A model generated the notes under the pieces. That model worked only from the letters and a program-made list of their open reading frames with translations, made no database searches and had not been told where the DNA came from. From Octopus vulgaris (Eukaryota), in assembly GCA_951406725.2 (NCBI GenBank), contig OX597814.1, positions 12,648,001 through 12,712,000 of the forward strand: DNA of 64,000 nt. Reading direction: 5' to 3'. How positions within the stretch are numbered: position 1 is the first letter of the stretch; each line of letters starts with the position of its first letter. The translations under genes were made by a program, and so were the position numbers. Positions 25,945 through 38,878 of the stretch are shown here, one piece after another.

Positions 25945-25982
25945 GTCCAATTCCACAGGATTGCCTTGAATGTATGTGTCAG
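25945..25982 (+). CDS. i-type lysozyme, second coding exon (38 nt, (G)PIPQDCLECMCQ)
   Basis: attttgcattgtag| acceptor and CAG|gtaaga donor. The phase-1 start matches the upstream exon. CLxCxC is the motif that precedes the catalytic Glu in i-type lysozymes/destabilases. Confidence 0.8.
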
Positions 25983-26980
25983 GTAAGAATTATCAAATGT
26001 TTGTTTTATTTTATTTGTACGTGTATGAATGTGAAGAAAGGGCCGAAGTAAAGAAGCTTAACCTTGAGTCTATTGGACCATGGCTTTCTATTCTTATTGT
26101 ATAAAAGTGTCTGATATATGGAGGTGCAACCAGACACCCATGTTAACCATCGTTGAAAACATTTGATTTTGCATTCGTAAATAAATCTCTGAAAATGATA
26201 CTGACGTTTCTAATTCCACAATTCCTTTGTTCTATGGTATTGGAGCTTTGGGATTGACATGTAATTTATTCTGAAGTTCGATGCGATCGAACATACTCAT
26301 GTTTTAACATATGATTTGAGCATCTCAAACAAGAAACATTTGCGCTTTGAAATGCAATCAATAATTAGTAAACAATCTTTTACGTTCAATGATAAATTTT
26401 GACCATATTGACAAGGGTAATGACACCGAAATATATCTGATGTGAAATAAAGAATCAGGTATGCAGATTGGTCGAGGCTTGAAACAGTAGAGCGTTGTAG
26501 TGAACCAATAAACCTATTTGTCTTGTCCATCTAAATTTTGAACTTTTGTTTCCAGGTAGTTGAAATAATGAATTGTATACTGCTGTCGGTTCAACTTACA
26601 GTATTAACTACTCAAAATCTGTTTGTGTCTCATCAAAAGAAAGCAGTATTAAGTTGAGTTTACGTTTCATTTTGTGTAGAGTTTATAACTTGACATTATG
26701 GCAATCATTTTTACATTTCAGACTCCTGTTTTCGCTAAAATCAATACCAACTATATATTGATTATTGTTTTATTGAAACAGATGTAAATGCAATTTAAAA
26801 GCGTCTAATATATTTACGTTGGTAGAATATCAGGCAATTGTTAACTGAAGCATCAGCGACTCACATCCTATTGTCAATTTTAATCTATATCTCCGAGGAA
26901 CATATGCCTGTCCCAACAGATCGGTCCCCATAGATAGAGGTGAAGCATATCTACTTGTAATGGAAAAATAGACTACTGTC

Positions 26981-27140
26981 GGTGCAGGAGTGGGTGTGTG
27001 GTAAGAAGCTTGCTGCAAAACAACATGGTTCCGGGCTCAGTCTCACTGAGTTGCACCTTGGGCTAGTGTCTTCTTGGGCTTCGAGTCGACCAGAGCCCTC
27101 TCAGTGGATTTGGCAAATGGAAACTGAAAGAAGCCCGTCA

Positions 27141-27172
<32 letters not shown>

Positions 27173-27190
27173 CATATACATATACATATA

Positions 27191-27242
<52 letters not shown>

Positions 27243-27487
27243 TATATACACATATATATATATGTATGTGCGCGTGTGTATGTGTGTGTCCATGTTTGTT
27301 TCCCCACCATCGCTTGACAACCGATGCTAGTGTGTTTACATCCCCGTAACCTAGCGCTTCGGCAAAAGAGACCGATAGACTAAGTACTAGGCTTACAAAG
27401 AATATGTCCTGAGTCGATTTGTACGACTAAAGGCAGTGCTCCAGCATGGCCGCGGTCAAATGTCTGAAACAAGTAAAAGAATAAAAG
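26981..27487 (+). mobile_element. SINE S1, full length with expanded internal (TA) repeat
   Basis: tRNA-like head ggtgcaggagtgggtgtgtggtaag through the tail gaaacaagtaaaagaataaaag. Confidence 0.9.
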
Positions 27488-27952
27488 TATAGAAGGACTA
27501 CTCCTTTGTGAACAAGTTGTTTTCTTTCACCATGGACAAAGGACAGACCTTATTACAGATACAATCTTCGAGCAATGTCCCAGATAATTGTGTACTTAAC
27601 ATTATCGTAATTGACTACACGAGTAATACGTGTAGTAAATTTAGAAATGTATTATATCTGATATGCCTACAATGCGAGGCTTCATCCTACGAGTGTCATC
27701 TGTCACAACAATCTCACTGGCAATAAGTTCAGATCAGTGATAGGATTTCAATAAAATAACATCTGGAGGATTGGCGCTGACAGAAATATAGTTAAAAATT
27801 TACTTTAGAATCACGTGAACATTGGTTCGATCATAAAATGTGGCCCCCATTGAACTGTCCTTTATCATGGCTCAAGCTGTTTATTTAACAACTTATGAAT
27901 ATAATTTGATATGAGGACATATATCCCACTGAGAAACACACGCACATGTATT

Positions 27953-28028
<76 letters not shown>

Positions 28029-28959
28029 TGTCCATTCGTGTAAATTCCTTCGTCACTAAAAGAAGAAAGCTGCAGAATATATAATTGGTTAGATATCAAT
28101 AAGTGAATAAAGTCCTTGAAGGTGATAAGTTCAAATTCTGCCAAGGTCGAATTTGTATTTATTTTCAGAAGTCAGTCAAATAGTAAAGTGATTAAATCGG
28201 CAAGGTTAGAATAATCGTATTATTATTGAAGTCATTTTCGTGTATTTTTTTTTGTTATAGTTAGAGATTTTTCCTTTACATTAGCATGGAATTTGACATG
28301 TTTATATTATTGTTTCATCAAGAAAGAGCAAAGTTGAATTCTATGTTTCCATTTAGGAGTGGTAGTTTGTTATTTATTATGGCTATAGAACAAAAAGCAT
28401 TTCAATATGGCTACGAAGGTTACATATGTTTACCAAAATAAATGTAGTGACCTTCCTCTAAAGGAAATAAAGAGAATGGGATACATTTGAGTATTGCAAA
28501 CGGTTTCCAAAATAACATTAACATTTTAACAACACTAACATTAATAATATAAATGCAAGAAAAAAATAACGTCGATGAGGATGTATGAGAAAATAACGAT
28601 AGGTACCTCGCTAAATCACCAAGCAACTCCTATGAAAATAATGATAAAATAGACGGCATAGAAGAAAACACATTTGGAAGAGCTGAAATAAGTATGGCTG
28701 TATCTCAACAGAGGAGAAGTCGTCGATCACCAAATTTACCGCAGCTGAATAAAATAAAAAAAAAAGAATAACGTTTTGCTGCATATCTCAAGCGACAACG
28801 TCTCTCGATAACTGTCGATTGAAGATATCGGAGTGTGTTTCTTTGTTGTTGTTGTAGTTGTTGTGTGTGTGTGCGTGTTTTCGCATGTACGTGTGTAAGT
28901 TAGGAAAAAACTGGCACTTTTATATACGTCAACATACCGTGTGTACTAATATCAGGGAA

Positions 28960-29660
28960 TTAAGAATGAAGTGATCGGTTTTGAACTGAAAATTTATTTT
29001 ATTTTATCTCGACAGAAAGCAATACAGCTATTCAAAATATGCAACTAAATTATGAACACAATTTAGTCATTTTCTCTTTATCTTATTTATGCCGGTAGCG
29101 TAGAATTCTGGAGAGCAAGAGGTGATGAAATCACGAAAGGCTGTTTTTGCATCTTCTTCAGATTTGAATTTTTTTTCCTTACAAAATGTTGTCTAATGCC
29201 TGGAAAACGTGGCGGTCAGTTGGTGCAACGTTTGGTGAATATGGTAGATGGCAGAATTCTTCCAAGTTCAGTTTCTGTAACTTGAGAAGCGTTGTTTGTC
29301 CAACATGTAGTCGAGCATTGTCTTGCAAGAGAATTGGCCTGTCTCTATTGACCAATCTCGGTTGTTTAATTGCAAGTTCAATCATCGATTCATACAACTG
29401 GTTGATGTATACATCCGATATAATTGAAGATGTAGTGGATGTCACCAGTGCTGGACCGTTAAACAATCACCATTAGCGTTTTTGGTGAATATTCCTTTTT
29501 GGATTGTGTTTAAGGCACATCGTTTCTATCCGACCACAATGCAGAACGCTTGATATCATTGAAAAGAATCCATTTTTCCTCACACGTAAGAATACGATAC
29601 ATAAATGGTTCGCTTTTATGCCGTCACAGTAGTAAAAAACAGCAGCTTTCAAGACAACGT
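28960..29660 (-). mobile_element. Degenerate mariner (DD34D) transposase, C-terminal part
   Basis: ILTCEEKWI, ILLQDNARLH, HLPYSPNVAPTDRHVFQALDN. Confidence 0.85.
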
Positions 29661-29847
29661 GTCATTTGATGTTCGTTCACTTCGCATGGTATCCGCCTGT
29701 CCAGCTTCTTTACCGTGCAGATTTATTTCAGATGATCCAATACAGTTGGAATCAAAATTTCAACTGTGTTGTATCCTGTTCTTTGTTGTCCCCTGATTGG
29801 TTTTGAGACTTAGTAACTGAAATTGACCCTTCCATTTTCCTCCCCCT

Positions 29848-29890
<43 letters not shown>

Positions 29891-29899
29891 ACATAATCA

Positions 29900-31130
29900 G
29901 CATTCAATTTTTTCTAGTTTTATTTAAATATCATGTGTGTCTCCTCGACATAACCGAATGAACGTTGCATGCGTTGAATATCTGCAGTGAATATTTTCCG
30001 TTTTATCGAATATCCTATACTTACTGTGTACTTGATAGGCAGTACTAATTTCTATTATATTTGTTGGCAGAAAGCATCTTCTTTCCTACTCTCTCTTTGC
30101 CATCACGTTAACCCTGATTCTTTTTGTGTTTTACATTAGTGTTTAGTATTCATTAGCGATTTCTATTGTTGCTCAATAAATTTCACAGTCGTCTCTGTTT
30201 TTTTTTGTGGGGTGACATCTTTGAAAAGAAACGGTATTTTGTCTGCTTGTGCTTTGTAAGTATTCGTATGTTTCTCGTGCTTCATTTTTTTTATATGATT
30301 AACCCTACCGAATAATGTTCGTTTCGCAACAGTCTCGTACTTCCAGTGCTTCTGGTAAATATAGTGCTTCTGTGTATTCTATTCTAAATATGATGGATAC
30401 TTTTGTCTTGTACTCTGGTTTAAAATTGCGGATTTTGCTCAGCACCCAGTTGAAACAACTCATGATATCTGCTGCAGTACATTGTGACAGAATATTCATG
30501 TCTATTACTGAATTTATGCATTTCACTCAGCCTTCTTTTACTTTTTATAGTTCTTTCATTTATTGTTTCATAGATAAATAACTGGTCGTTAGAACCATAT
30601 GATCTTGTAGAAATGAGTTGTGTTTATCCATATAGCTATCCTCAGAGATGCTGTTACAACCGACTTTTGTAAGCTCTAATGAGGGTCTAGGGATGTAGTT
30701 CTTAGATTTTCCTGTTTATATACTACATTTTTTACCGTTCTTTAAATTGCCTATAAAACTATTTTGAAAGTAGTTTATATGAGGCTGTAAAATATTTCAG
30801 CCAGAAAATTGATATCTCTAGTATTTATCTCTCCATTTTCCCATTCATCTCCTTTCATTAAAATATATTTTGTTTAATTTTTTGTTTTATCTTTGACTTT
30901 AATATTGATTACTTAGGTTTCGATATTTTTTATGTGAAGGAAAACTCACTTCCCTTTGTAATTACTAAGGCTACTATAAATATCGTTTGGTTTATCTTGG
31001 TAATATTTCTTCCTGTGTTTAACTTTATTATGTCTACGACTCCCAAATAACTTTTGCATGTTGTTAACACGAGCTTAGCGATAACGTTTCTATTTCGGAA
31101 TTACTGTCGATGGCCCTTCGAAAGATCATT
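29900..31130 (-). mobile_element. Highly decayed non-LTR retrotransposon, possibly R4-like (post-RT region)
   Basis: Only short motif remnants (KSYLGV, YIPR). Boundaries are approximate. Confidence 0.35.
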
Positions 31131-31199
31131 TATAAATTTAAACATTATATGAATATCAAATTTCTATACAGCCGTAGCTTCAATATTTCCAGCGAGTCT

Positions 31200-32275
31200 G
31201 TAGCTGTAAGTATGCATGTTGTATAAAAAAAAACCTCTGAATCTGGTCCACCAGACAACCTCTTTCGATTTGTGGAAACTATCCATAGGCCCCAGCCCAA
31301 AAGCCTTCCTGAACAGAACAGCCAGATGATTCTAGTCAACGCCCAGAGTCTCCCCTAGAACGTCGTCGCACTTGCCTGCCACTAATGTTCCATAGAACGC
31401 CAGAGTGGAACTTCCATCGACCGCATTGCCAAACTGACTGAGGACTATGAGCGCCTAATTGGGTGCAAGGCACTCTGACTCTGTCTAAGCTTGACCTAGA
31501 ACTGCAGCTCAGTTATAGACATGAGCCGTAGAAAATCGTGTGACAAACGACGACCACATCTACTCGCCAACAAGGCAACCTCAGCACATGTTTGCGCATC
31601 ATTAGCCACGGAATGCCCCGTCCTCCATTCAGCAAGTGTTAGCTGGAAATGGAACGCCTGACCAGTGGAACGCGTCCTTTCCACAGAAAGTGGAATAGTG
31701 TCCGCTCCAGTTGGGTCAGACGTAAACTAGGGCAAGACATGAGAATAATATATAACGGAGACAATATAAGAAATTACCACCTCTGTCCGATCTTTTAGGA
31801 ATAGCTTTCTATCGGCCCAAGTATAGGTGAAAGTATCTATTCTACTCGTCACCTCATTCTTCTCCGTTTGGATATCCGAATCTAACTAGACTCCGAGCGA
31901 TTTAACCGGTCCCCACCCACGCCCAGCGTCCCACTATGTTATTGGACAGCATGGACCTACTTCTATTGGTGCCCAGTTGTAAACCAATTGACTTAGTTAA
32001 TTTGACTCGGTTAATCATTGCTCCTGTCACCGCGTCGTACTCTTTTAGAGCAGTACCGACTAGGTCTTTGTGCCTATGACGGTTACATCGTCTGCCTATG
32101 CTGACACAGTTCTCTCACAACCTAGTTCCCGTGAGATGCTTCTCAACGCCTCCAGTTTCTGCAGTAGTGCCTCTTGAGCCAGTGGTGTGCAGTGGTGTGC
32201 AGTTACGCACAAACTAGCGAGCAGATGTCGCTGTACATTGCGGTGATCCAGCCACGGAAAACGGGTCAGGATAAG
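31200..32275 (-). mobile_element. Degenerate Tx1-family ORF2 fragment related to 6156-9557
   Basis: LAQEALLQKLEAL..VSA*ADD corresponds to LALEPLLRKLEAL..TAYADD. Downstream DNA resembles the GLGMPWL..RLRH and KSLAW regions. Confidence 0.75.
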
Positions 32276-32284
32276 TTGTACAGT

Positions 32285-32713
32285 AACCATCTAGAGGATG
32301 AAGTAAATAGCGGGGGCGTCACCATCCTTTGGAACTTTCCAATACACACAGACAGAAAAATTAACTCCAATCGACCAGACATTGTGATCAAGGACTACAT
32401 CAGAGCACCTTGCCTGTTAGTAGAAATGTCTGTCCCTCAAGATCAAACCAAAATGTCTCAAGAACAGAATACGAAAAGCTTTCTCACTATAAAGATCTGT
32501 AAATTGAAATCATAAAAATGTGGAAGCTTAGTACTAGGATAATACCCGTAGTAATTGGTGCGTTGGGAACGATAAAGAAGGGAGCTGAGAAGTATATTAA
32601 ATAACTCCCTGCATAGCAAAATAAAAGTGTCCTCGCTACTTTTGGCCTCCGGAGCTTGCCCGGTAGTAAGGCAACTGAAATAAAGTACTAATAAAAGGAA
32701 ACCATAAATAATG

Positions 32714-32745
<32 letters not shown>
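32285..32745 (+). mobile_element. R4/Dong-like LINE 3' end (restriction-like endonuclease) with (AAT)n tail
   Basis: VTILWNFPIHTDRKINSNRPDIVI..LLVEMSVP..EKLSHYKDL..MWK..IPVVIGALGTI. Confidence 0.85.
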
Positions 32746-32756
<11 letters not shown>

Positions 32757-32759
32757 TGA

Positions 32760-32832
<73 letters not shown>

Positions 32833-32859
32833 GCTACTACCACCACCACCACCACCACC

Positions 32860-32947
<88 letters not shown>

Positions 32948-32968
32948 TAACTACTACTACTACTACTA
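32708..32968. repeat. Compound in-register trinucleotide microsatellite (AAT)(GAT)(ACT)(ACC)(ACT)(GCT)
   Basis: Read directly from the sequence. Confidence 0.95.
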
Positions 32969-32999
32969 ATTATAATTAAAGAAAAGGATAGAACTATAC

Positions 33000-33700
33000 A
33001 CTCAGTATCTCAGACAACACGGGATGTCACCGCAGAGGAATGCTGAGGATGACCACAGTATGGAGACGTTAAGAAAGAAGTGGAAGGTTCATAATGGCTG
33101 CCAAAATAGACAAATCAGCGAAAAGTGCAAAGTTCAGTGTATGTAATCATAAAGAGGAGTCCCTTATGCACATAGGTTCCTGTAGTTCTTAGGCACAGAA
33201 GGAATATAGACACAGACAGGACTGCGTGATCAAGGCACTACACTGGGACATATTACGGCAAAGAGAATTTGTAGTAGGAAGAAGAGTGTACGAACACCAA
33301 CCAGAAAGTGTAATAGAGAACGACCACTATAAGATTTTATGGGATGTTAATGTATAAACTGATCGCAAAATACATGCCAGGAGACCAGGTATTATGACCC
33401 TGGAAAAGAAAAAAGGAATGCATCATCCTAGATGTGACTATATCTTCGGATATAAAGGTAGCGGTCAAAGAACAGGAGATAACAGGAAATACCAGTGTAT
33501 AGCCAGTTTTTATAAGTGCCGTCACTATGAGAATTAACAATTCCCATATTGAGATTGGTGTAACAACCAGAATTGCATTAATTCAGAAATGTGCTTTATT
33601 CAGAACAGTAAGGATTATAAGAAATGACCTCCATATCTAAGAAAACTGGTTGTGACCCGAAAGGAAAGCAATCGTGCTCACCATGAACAATAACAACAAT
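33000..33700 (+). mobile_element. Second R4/Dong-like LINE 3' fragment (CCHC, RHD-like motif, RLE)
   Basis: EESLMHIGSC..QKEYRHRQD..LHW..YEHQPESVIENDHYKILWD..TDRKIHARRP. Confidence 0.8.
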
Positions 33701-33704
33701 GATA

Positions 33705-33920
33705 ATCAGTTCTACGATAGGCACAAGCCTTGAAATTTTGGGAGAGGCGACCAGTCGATTACAATCGAACCCAGCCCTTGAAAGATATTTATTTTATCAA
33801 CTTCGAACGAAAGGATCAAAGGCAAGATCGACCTCGGTGGAATGTGAATTCAGAACGTAAGGACAAAAACAAAACAAAACAAAGCACTGTTAAGTACTTA
33901 ATCCAGCATGATAAAGATTC
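33705..33920 (-). mobile_element. SINE family S2, decayed, (ATT)n-type tail
   Basis: aaaggcaagatcgacctcggtggaatgtgaattcagaacgta matches the S2 body. Confidence 0.7.
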
Positions 33921-33944
33921 AGAAGTCATCAAGGGGAATATATA

Positions 33945-34142
33945 GGAAACTGACATAGGGTGCCTAGTAGATCTGTTGTTACAAAAGGTTTGCCTCCTTG
34001 GCATGGCCAGAATAATCAGCAACGTGTTAGATAGCTGCAAAGATTGGATAGCATGGTACCATAGGCTGCAGGTAGCAAGCCCACAGCGCATATAAGACTC
34101 TAGGTACTCCAACAAAACCTGTGATAAAAAGAAATAATAATG

Positions 34143-34176
<34 letters not shown>

Positions 34177-34225
34177 TAAAAATAAAAATAAAAATAATAG
34201 TAATAATAATAACAATAATAATGTT
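33945..34225 (+). mobile_element. Extreme 3' end of an R4-like LINE with (AAT)n tail
   Basis: LLQKVCLLGMARIISNVL, the typical R4 C-terminus, followed by (AAT)n. Confidence 0.65.
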
Positions 34226-34339
34226 ATTACAGACAACTGGTATACTTAGGAAGGTTCTTGGCATCTGAGGTTACTTGTATCCCGATTTTAGGATTTTTCT
34301 TTTCCAACAGTCTAATTTGTTGTGTGTGTATGAAAGTAA

Positions 34340-34565
34340 TAATAACAATAACCCTTTCTACTGCATGCACAAGCCTCAAATTTGTGGGTAGGGGACTAGT
34401 GGATTACATCGACCCCAGTGTTTCACTGCTACTTACTTAACCGACCCCGAAAGGAAGAAAGGCAAAGTCGACCTCGGCGCAATTTGAATTTAAAACGTAA
34501 AATCGGAAGAAATGCTTCTAAACATTTTTTCTGGCGCAGTAACGATTCTATCAGCTCACCCCCAT
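34340..34565 (-). mobile_element. SINE S2, full length, (ATT)n-type tail
   Basis: Head ggtgagctgatagaatcgtta and body gaggtcgactttgcctttc..cggggtcg are shared with the 49363 array, but the 3' tail differs. Confidence 0.8.
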
Positions 34566-34579
34566 AATGTTAATAATGT

Positions 34580-34730
34580 GTTCAAATTTTTGCACTAGAC
34601 CAGCAATTACGGTAGATGAGGAAATTTGATTACATGAACCTCCGTATTCAACTGGTACTTATTTTATCGATGCTGAAATGATGGGAGTTAAAGCCAACGG
34701 CGGTGAAATTTGAGCTCACATCGTAAATCA
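34580..34730 (-). mobile_element. SINE S2 fragment
   Basis: actggtacttattttatcga..aaagccaac..gaaatttgagctca. Confidence 0.6.
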
Positions 34731-35753
34731 TACACGCTTGCGATGCCTTTATTAGCAGAGAACAAAGTTATATTTCTATATGGAAATGATATATTTCAAT
34801 CATTAAAATCAACACGTAGTATTGAAATTTGGTGATTTTTTTAAAGTAGTGCTTCTTTAGTTGGAGAATACTGCATTTAAGAGTTTATGATATCTGAATC
34901 TAATACCAACGTTAAAAGAAACATTTGGATATATATATATATATATATATATTATGTATGTACGTATCTACCTATCTATCCATGTCTCTTTCTCTCCGTA
35001 TGCGTGTGTGCGTGTGTGTGTGTGTTTTGTACATATATACATTAGCTTCGCGTACATGTGAAATGAAAGGATAAGCCTCTGGGAACCGAAGACAAATTTC
35101 GTTTTATGATGTCGAAGTATAATTACCGCAAAAATATAAATCATCTGATAATACAACCTAACCAATCAATCAGATGCTCACAACACTGAACATTGGTTTT
35201 CAACTCTTGCGCGTGTCTATTTTGAATTTATTTTGCATGCATACATATTTTTGTTTTCTAAAATGAGATGACTTAAGGCTAAAATCAAGACTATTTTGCT
35301 CAAAACTTCCCTCGTTAATCTAATACAGAAACTGGTTATTTTCGACTGATTCATTTATATTATTTGAAAGTAACCCAAACTTAGTTCCTAGCATTCTTAT
35401 TGTCTAAGGCCTAAATAAATAAATCAAATTATATTTCATTTTAATTATAGGTAAAGACGGATTGAACGTCAAATGCGTTTATATGTTTAAAAAGAGTCTG
35501 TTATAGGAGGTGGTGAACAGATACGTGCAGCTAATATGAAAATGAGAACGAATTAAGAATCTGGTCTAAGTTTCCTTTCTTGATTGCTACCGCGGGTTGA
35601 TTTTTATTATAAAGTCTGAAACTATATCTTTCCAATTTTAACTGTTGTATATCAGTCAGAATTTTATTTTTAATCCGACGCATGTACATGCATAACTATA
35701 TACACAAAACATGCCTACATAATTTTATACAAACGTTCATATATTTAAGCATA

Positions 35754-35839
<86 letters not shown>

Positions 35840-35854
35840 AAGTAAATAAGTAAC

Positions 35855-36753
35855 TAGGTTATCCAAGTATTAGTGCATTACGGCCGTTTCAAGCGGCTCC
35901 ATTTAATCGATCAATGCAAACATTACATCAATTTTAAATAAGCCGTTCTCCTCAGACGCGTACGACCATATAGATTTCCAACCTACACGATACTCCCTTA
36001 TAATTTTTAGTAAATTTTTCATCAGTACTTGAAACTAAACTACACCGCTTCTTTTTGCTATTATCGTAGCAGAATGAATTTAAGGAGAAAATATGTAAAG
36101 CCTAATATAATACTTTTTCCCCGTATTTTTAATTCCCACGGTTGTCAAAGGAGGTCAATGTGACCTCCTCTGTTTTCCATTTTAGGTCCTTTTTAGTTGC
36201 TAACCATATGTTTTATCACCATTGCCCTTCCTCTTTATGGTTATCACCTTGTCTCTATATTTCATTACCTTGCTAGTATCTTCTGAGACATATTCTTTCG
36301 TGTAGGTATGGCTAATTTTATGGTCATAGTGAAATAGTGGTTGGGAAGAGTATCTGACATTAATTACCGACCAACAACAAAAACTTAAACAATGGTTTTA
36401 ATTCTAAAGGGATATAGATTACTTGCTGCATTAAGTCTTTTGAATGTGATAAGGATAAAGTTGAATGTAACTATATTACCATTACTTTTTCTTGACCCCC
36501 ATTATTTTATTTTTTGCCACTCGAAATTATAGGCTTTAGACATCTTTAGATATTTCCCCCCTAAACTCATTCTGCTACAATAATGGCAAAAAGCAACGCC
36601 TTTAGTCTACAGTACTGATGAAACATTTGCTAAAAAATTATAACGGAGTATATCTGCATGTTGGAAATCTATATGACCGTATGTAATGTTTGCATAGATC
36701 GATTCAATAGAGCCGCTTGAAAAGGCCGAAATGCACTGATACCTGGACGGCCT
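35855..36753. mobile_element. HHR repeat family D: ~250-bp inverted arms around a spacer
   Basis: 35855-36105 pairs with 36540-36753. The left arm has a full HHR on -; the right arm copy has lost the CUGAGGA box. Confidence 0.75.
35875..35959 (-). ncRNA. Type I hammerhead with long stem II and palindromic stem III
   Basis: GCGU CUGAGGA GAACGGCU-(extended hairpin)-AGCCGCUU GAAA CGGCCG UA AUGC. Confidence 0.7.
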
Positions 36754-36842
36754 TGTCCCTTTGCTTTTTTATTCGAGGTGTGCGGAAATACCGGACAAAC
36801 TTGGTGCTTCAAATTAAGTACATAATTCAACTGAAATATTTC

Positions 36843-36927
<85 letters not shown>

Positions 36928-37040
36928 ATATGTTTGTGTGTCTGTGTTTACGTACCCGTAACTTAGTGGTTCGGCTAAAGAGACCGATAGAATAAGTACT
37001 GGGCTACTAGAATATATTGAAACAAACTAATACCTGGAAT

Positions 37041-37107
<67 letters not shown>

Positions 37108-37373
37108 TGTGTACGTATGTAAATATATGAACGTTTGTATAAAAGTATGTAGGATGTTTTGTGTATATAGTTATGCTGTACATGCGTCGATTTAAAATTC
37201 TGACTGATATACAACAGTTAAAATTGGAAAGATATAGTTTCAGACTTTATAATAAAATCACCCGCGCAATCAAGAAAGTTAGACTCTTAGTTCTCATTTT
37301 CATATTAGCCCGTATCTGTTCAGTCAAATAAAGACTGAGTCAAATGACTGAAACAAGTAAAAGAGTAAAAGAT

Positions 37374-37440
<67 letters not shown>

Positions 37441-37821
37441 AATATCTGCTGCAAATAACAAACATATAGTCTCTGATTATTGTATCTCAACACTAGAGAT
37501 TATCTAGCAATTTATGTCCTACCTCCATACAAATCGGCTTATGTCATCATTCTCATCTGATCATGTAAATGCTACTGTGCCTCATTCTGCCTCATTCAAA
37601 ATGCGTTTGCTCAAAGTTTCTTTCTTTCAATATTTTGCAATATTCAGTCTGGAAATTTCCCCTGTCTTACTTATAGTACTAATTGCCTAATCATTGGTCT
37701 CACCTCCAATGCCTCAAAAGTAAAGAATATATTTGTAAACAATGAGTTCTATATCAGTTGTAATCTAATTTCACTCTCAGTCTCCGCATTAGACATATAA
37801 GACACATTCTTCCTCACCATA

Positions 37822-38229
37822 GAGGCGCAGGAGTGGCTGTGTGGTAAGTAGCTTGCTAACCAACCACATGGTTGCGGATTCAGTCCCACTGCGTGGCATC
37901 TTGGGCAAATGTCTTTTGCTATAGCCCCGGGCCGACCAATGCCTTGTGAGTGGATTTGGTAGACGGAAACTGAAAGAAGCATGTCGTATATATGTATATA
38001 TATATATATGTGTGTGTGTTTGTGTGTCTGTGTTTGTCCCCCTAGCATTGTTGACAACCGATGCTGGTGTGTTTACGTCCCCGTCACTTAGCGGTTCGGC
38101 AAAAGAGACCGATAGAATAAGTAATGGGCTTACAAATAATAAGTCCCGGGGTCGATTTGCTCGACTAAAGGCGGTGCTCCAGCATGGCCGCAGTCAAATG
38201 ACTGAAACAAGTGAAAGAGTAAAAGAGTA
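37822..38229 (+). mobile_element. SINE S1, full length
   Basis: tRNA-like A/B boxes (tggctgtgtggt, ggattcagtccc), internal (TA)(TG) repeat, (gagtaaaa) tail. Confidence 0.95.
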
Positions 38230-38464
38230 TAGATTTTACTAAGAAAATATTTTTACACTTGATATGAAGAAAATGTTTGATAGTGAATGTACCTTAAAGA
38301 GCCACTTTATTCATCTTTCATCGGATGTCTGTTGTCTACCGTGGGCTTTTCTTCCTGATCCCAAACATCTAAACCTATTAAACCTCAAGTTTCTGATCGT
38401 TCTTGCACTCCTACCATCTCTACTTTAATGAGTTTCTCGTTTACATTTCAAATAAAATCACCTA

Positions 38465-38878
38465 TCTTTACTCTTTACTCTTTTACTTGTTTCAGTCATT
38501 TGACTGCGGCCATGCTGGAGCACCGCCTTTAGTCGAGCAAATCGACCCCGGGACTTATTCTTTGTAAGCCCAGTACTTATTCTATCGGTCTCTTTTGCCG
38601 AACCGCTAGATGACGGGGACGTAAACACACCAGCATCGGTTGTCAAGCAATGCTAGGGGGACAAACACAGACACACAAACACACACACACATATGTATAT
38701 ATATACATATATACGACAGGCTTCTTTCAGTTTCCGTCTACCAAATCCACTCACAAGGCATTGGTCGGCCCGGGGATATAGTAGAAGACACTTGCCCAAG
38801 ATATCACGCAGTGGGACTGAACTCGGAACCATGTGGTTGGTTAGCAAGCTACTTACCATACAGCCACTCCTGCGCCTA
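38465..38878 (-). mobile_element. SINE S1, full length
   Basis: Reverse complement of 37822-38229 with few differences. Confidence 0.95.
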
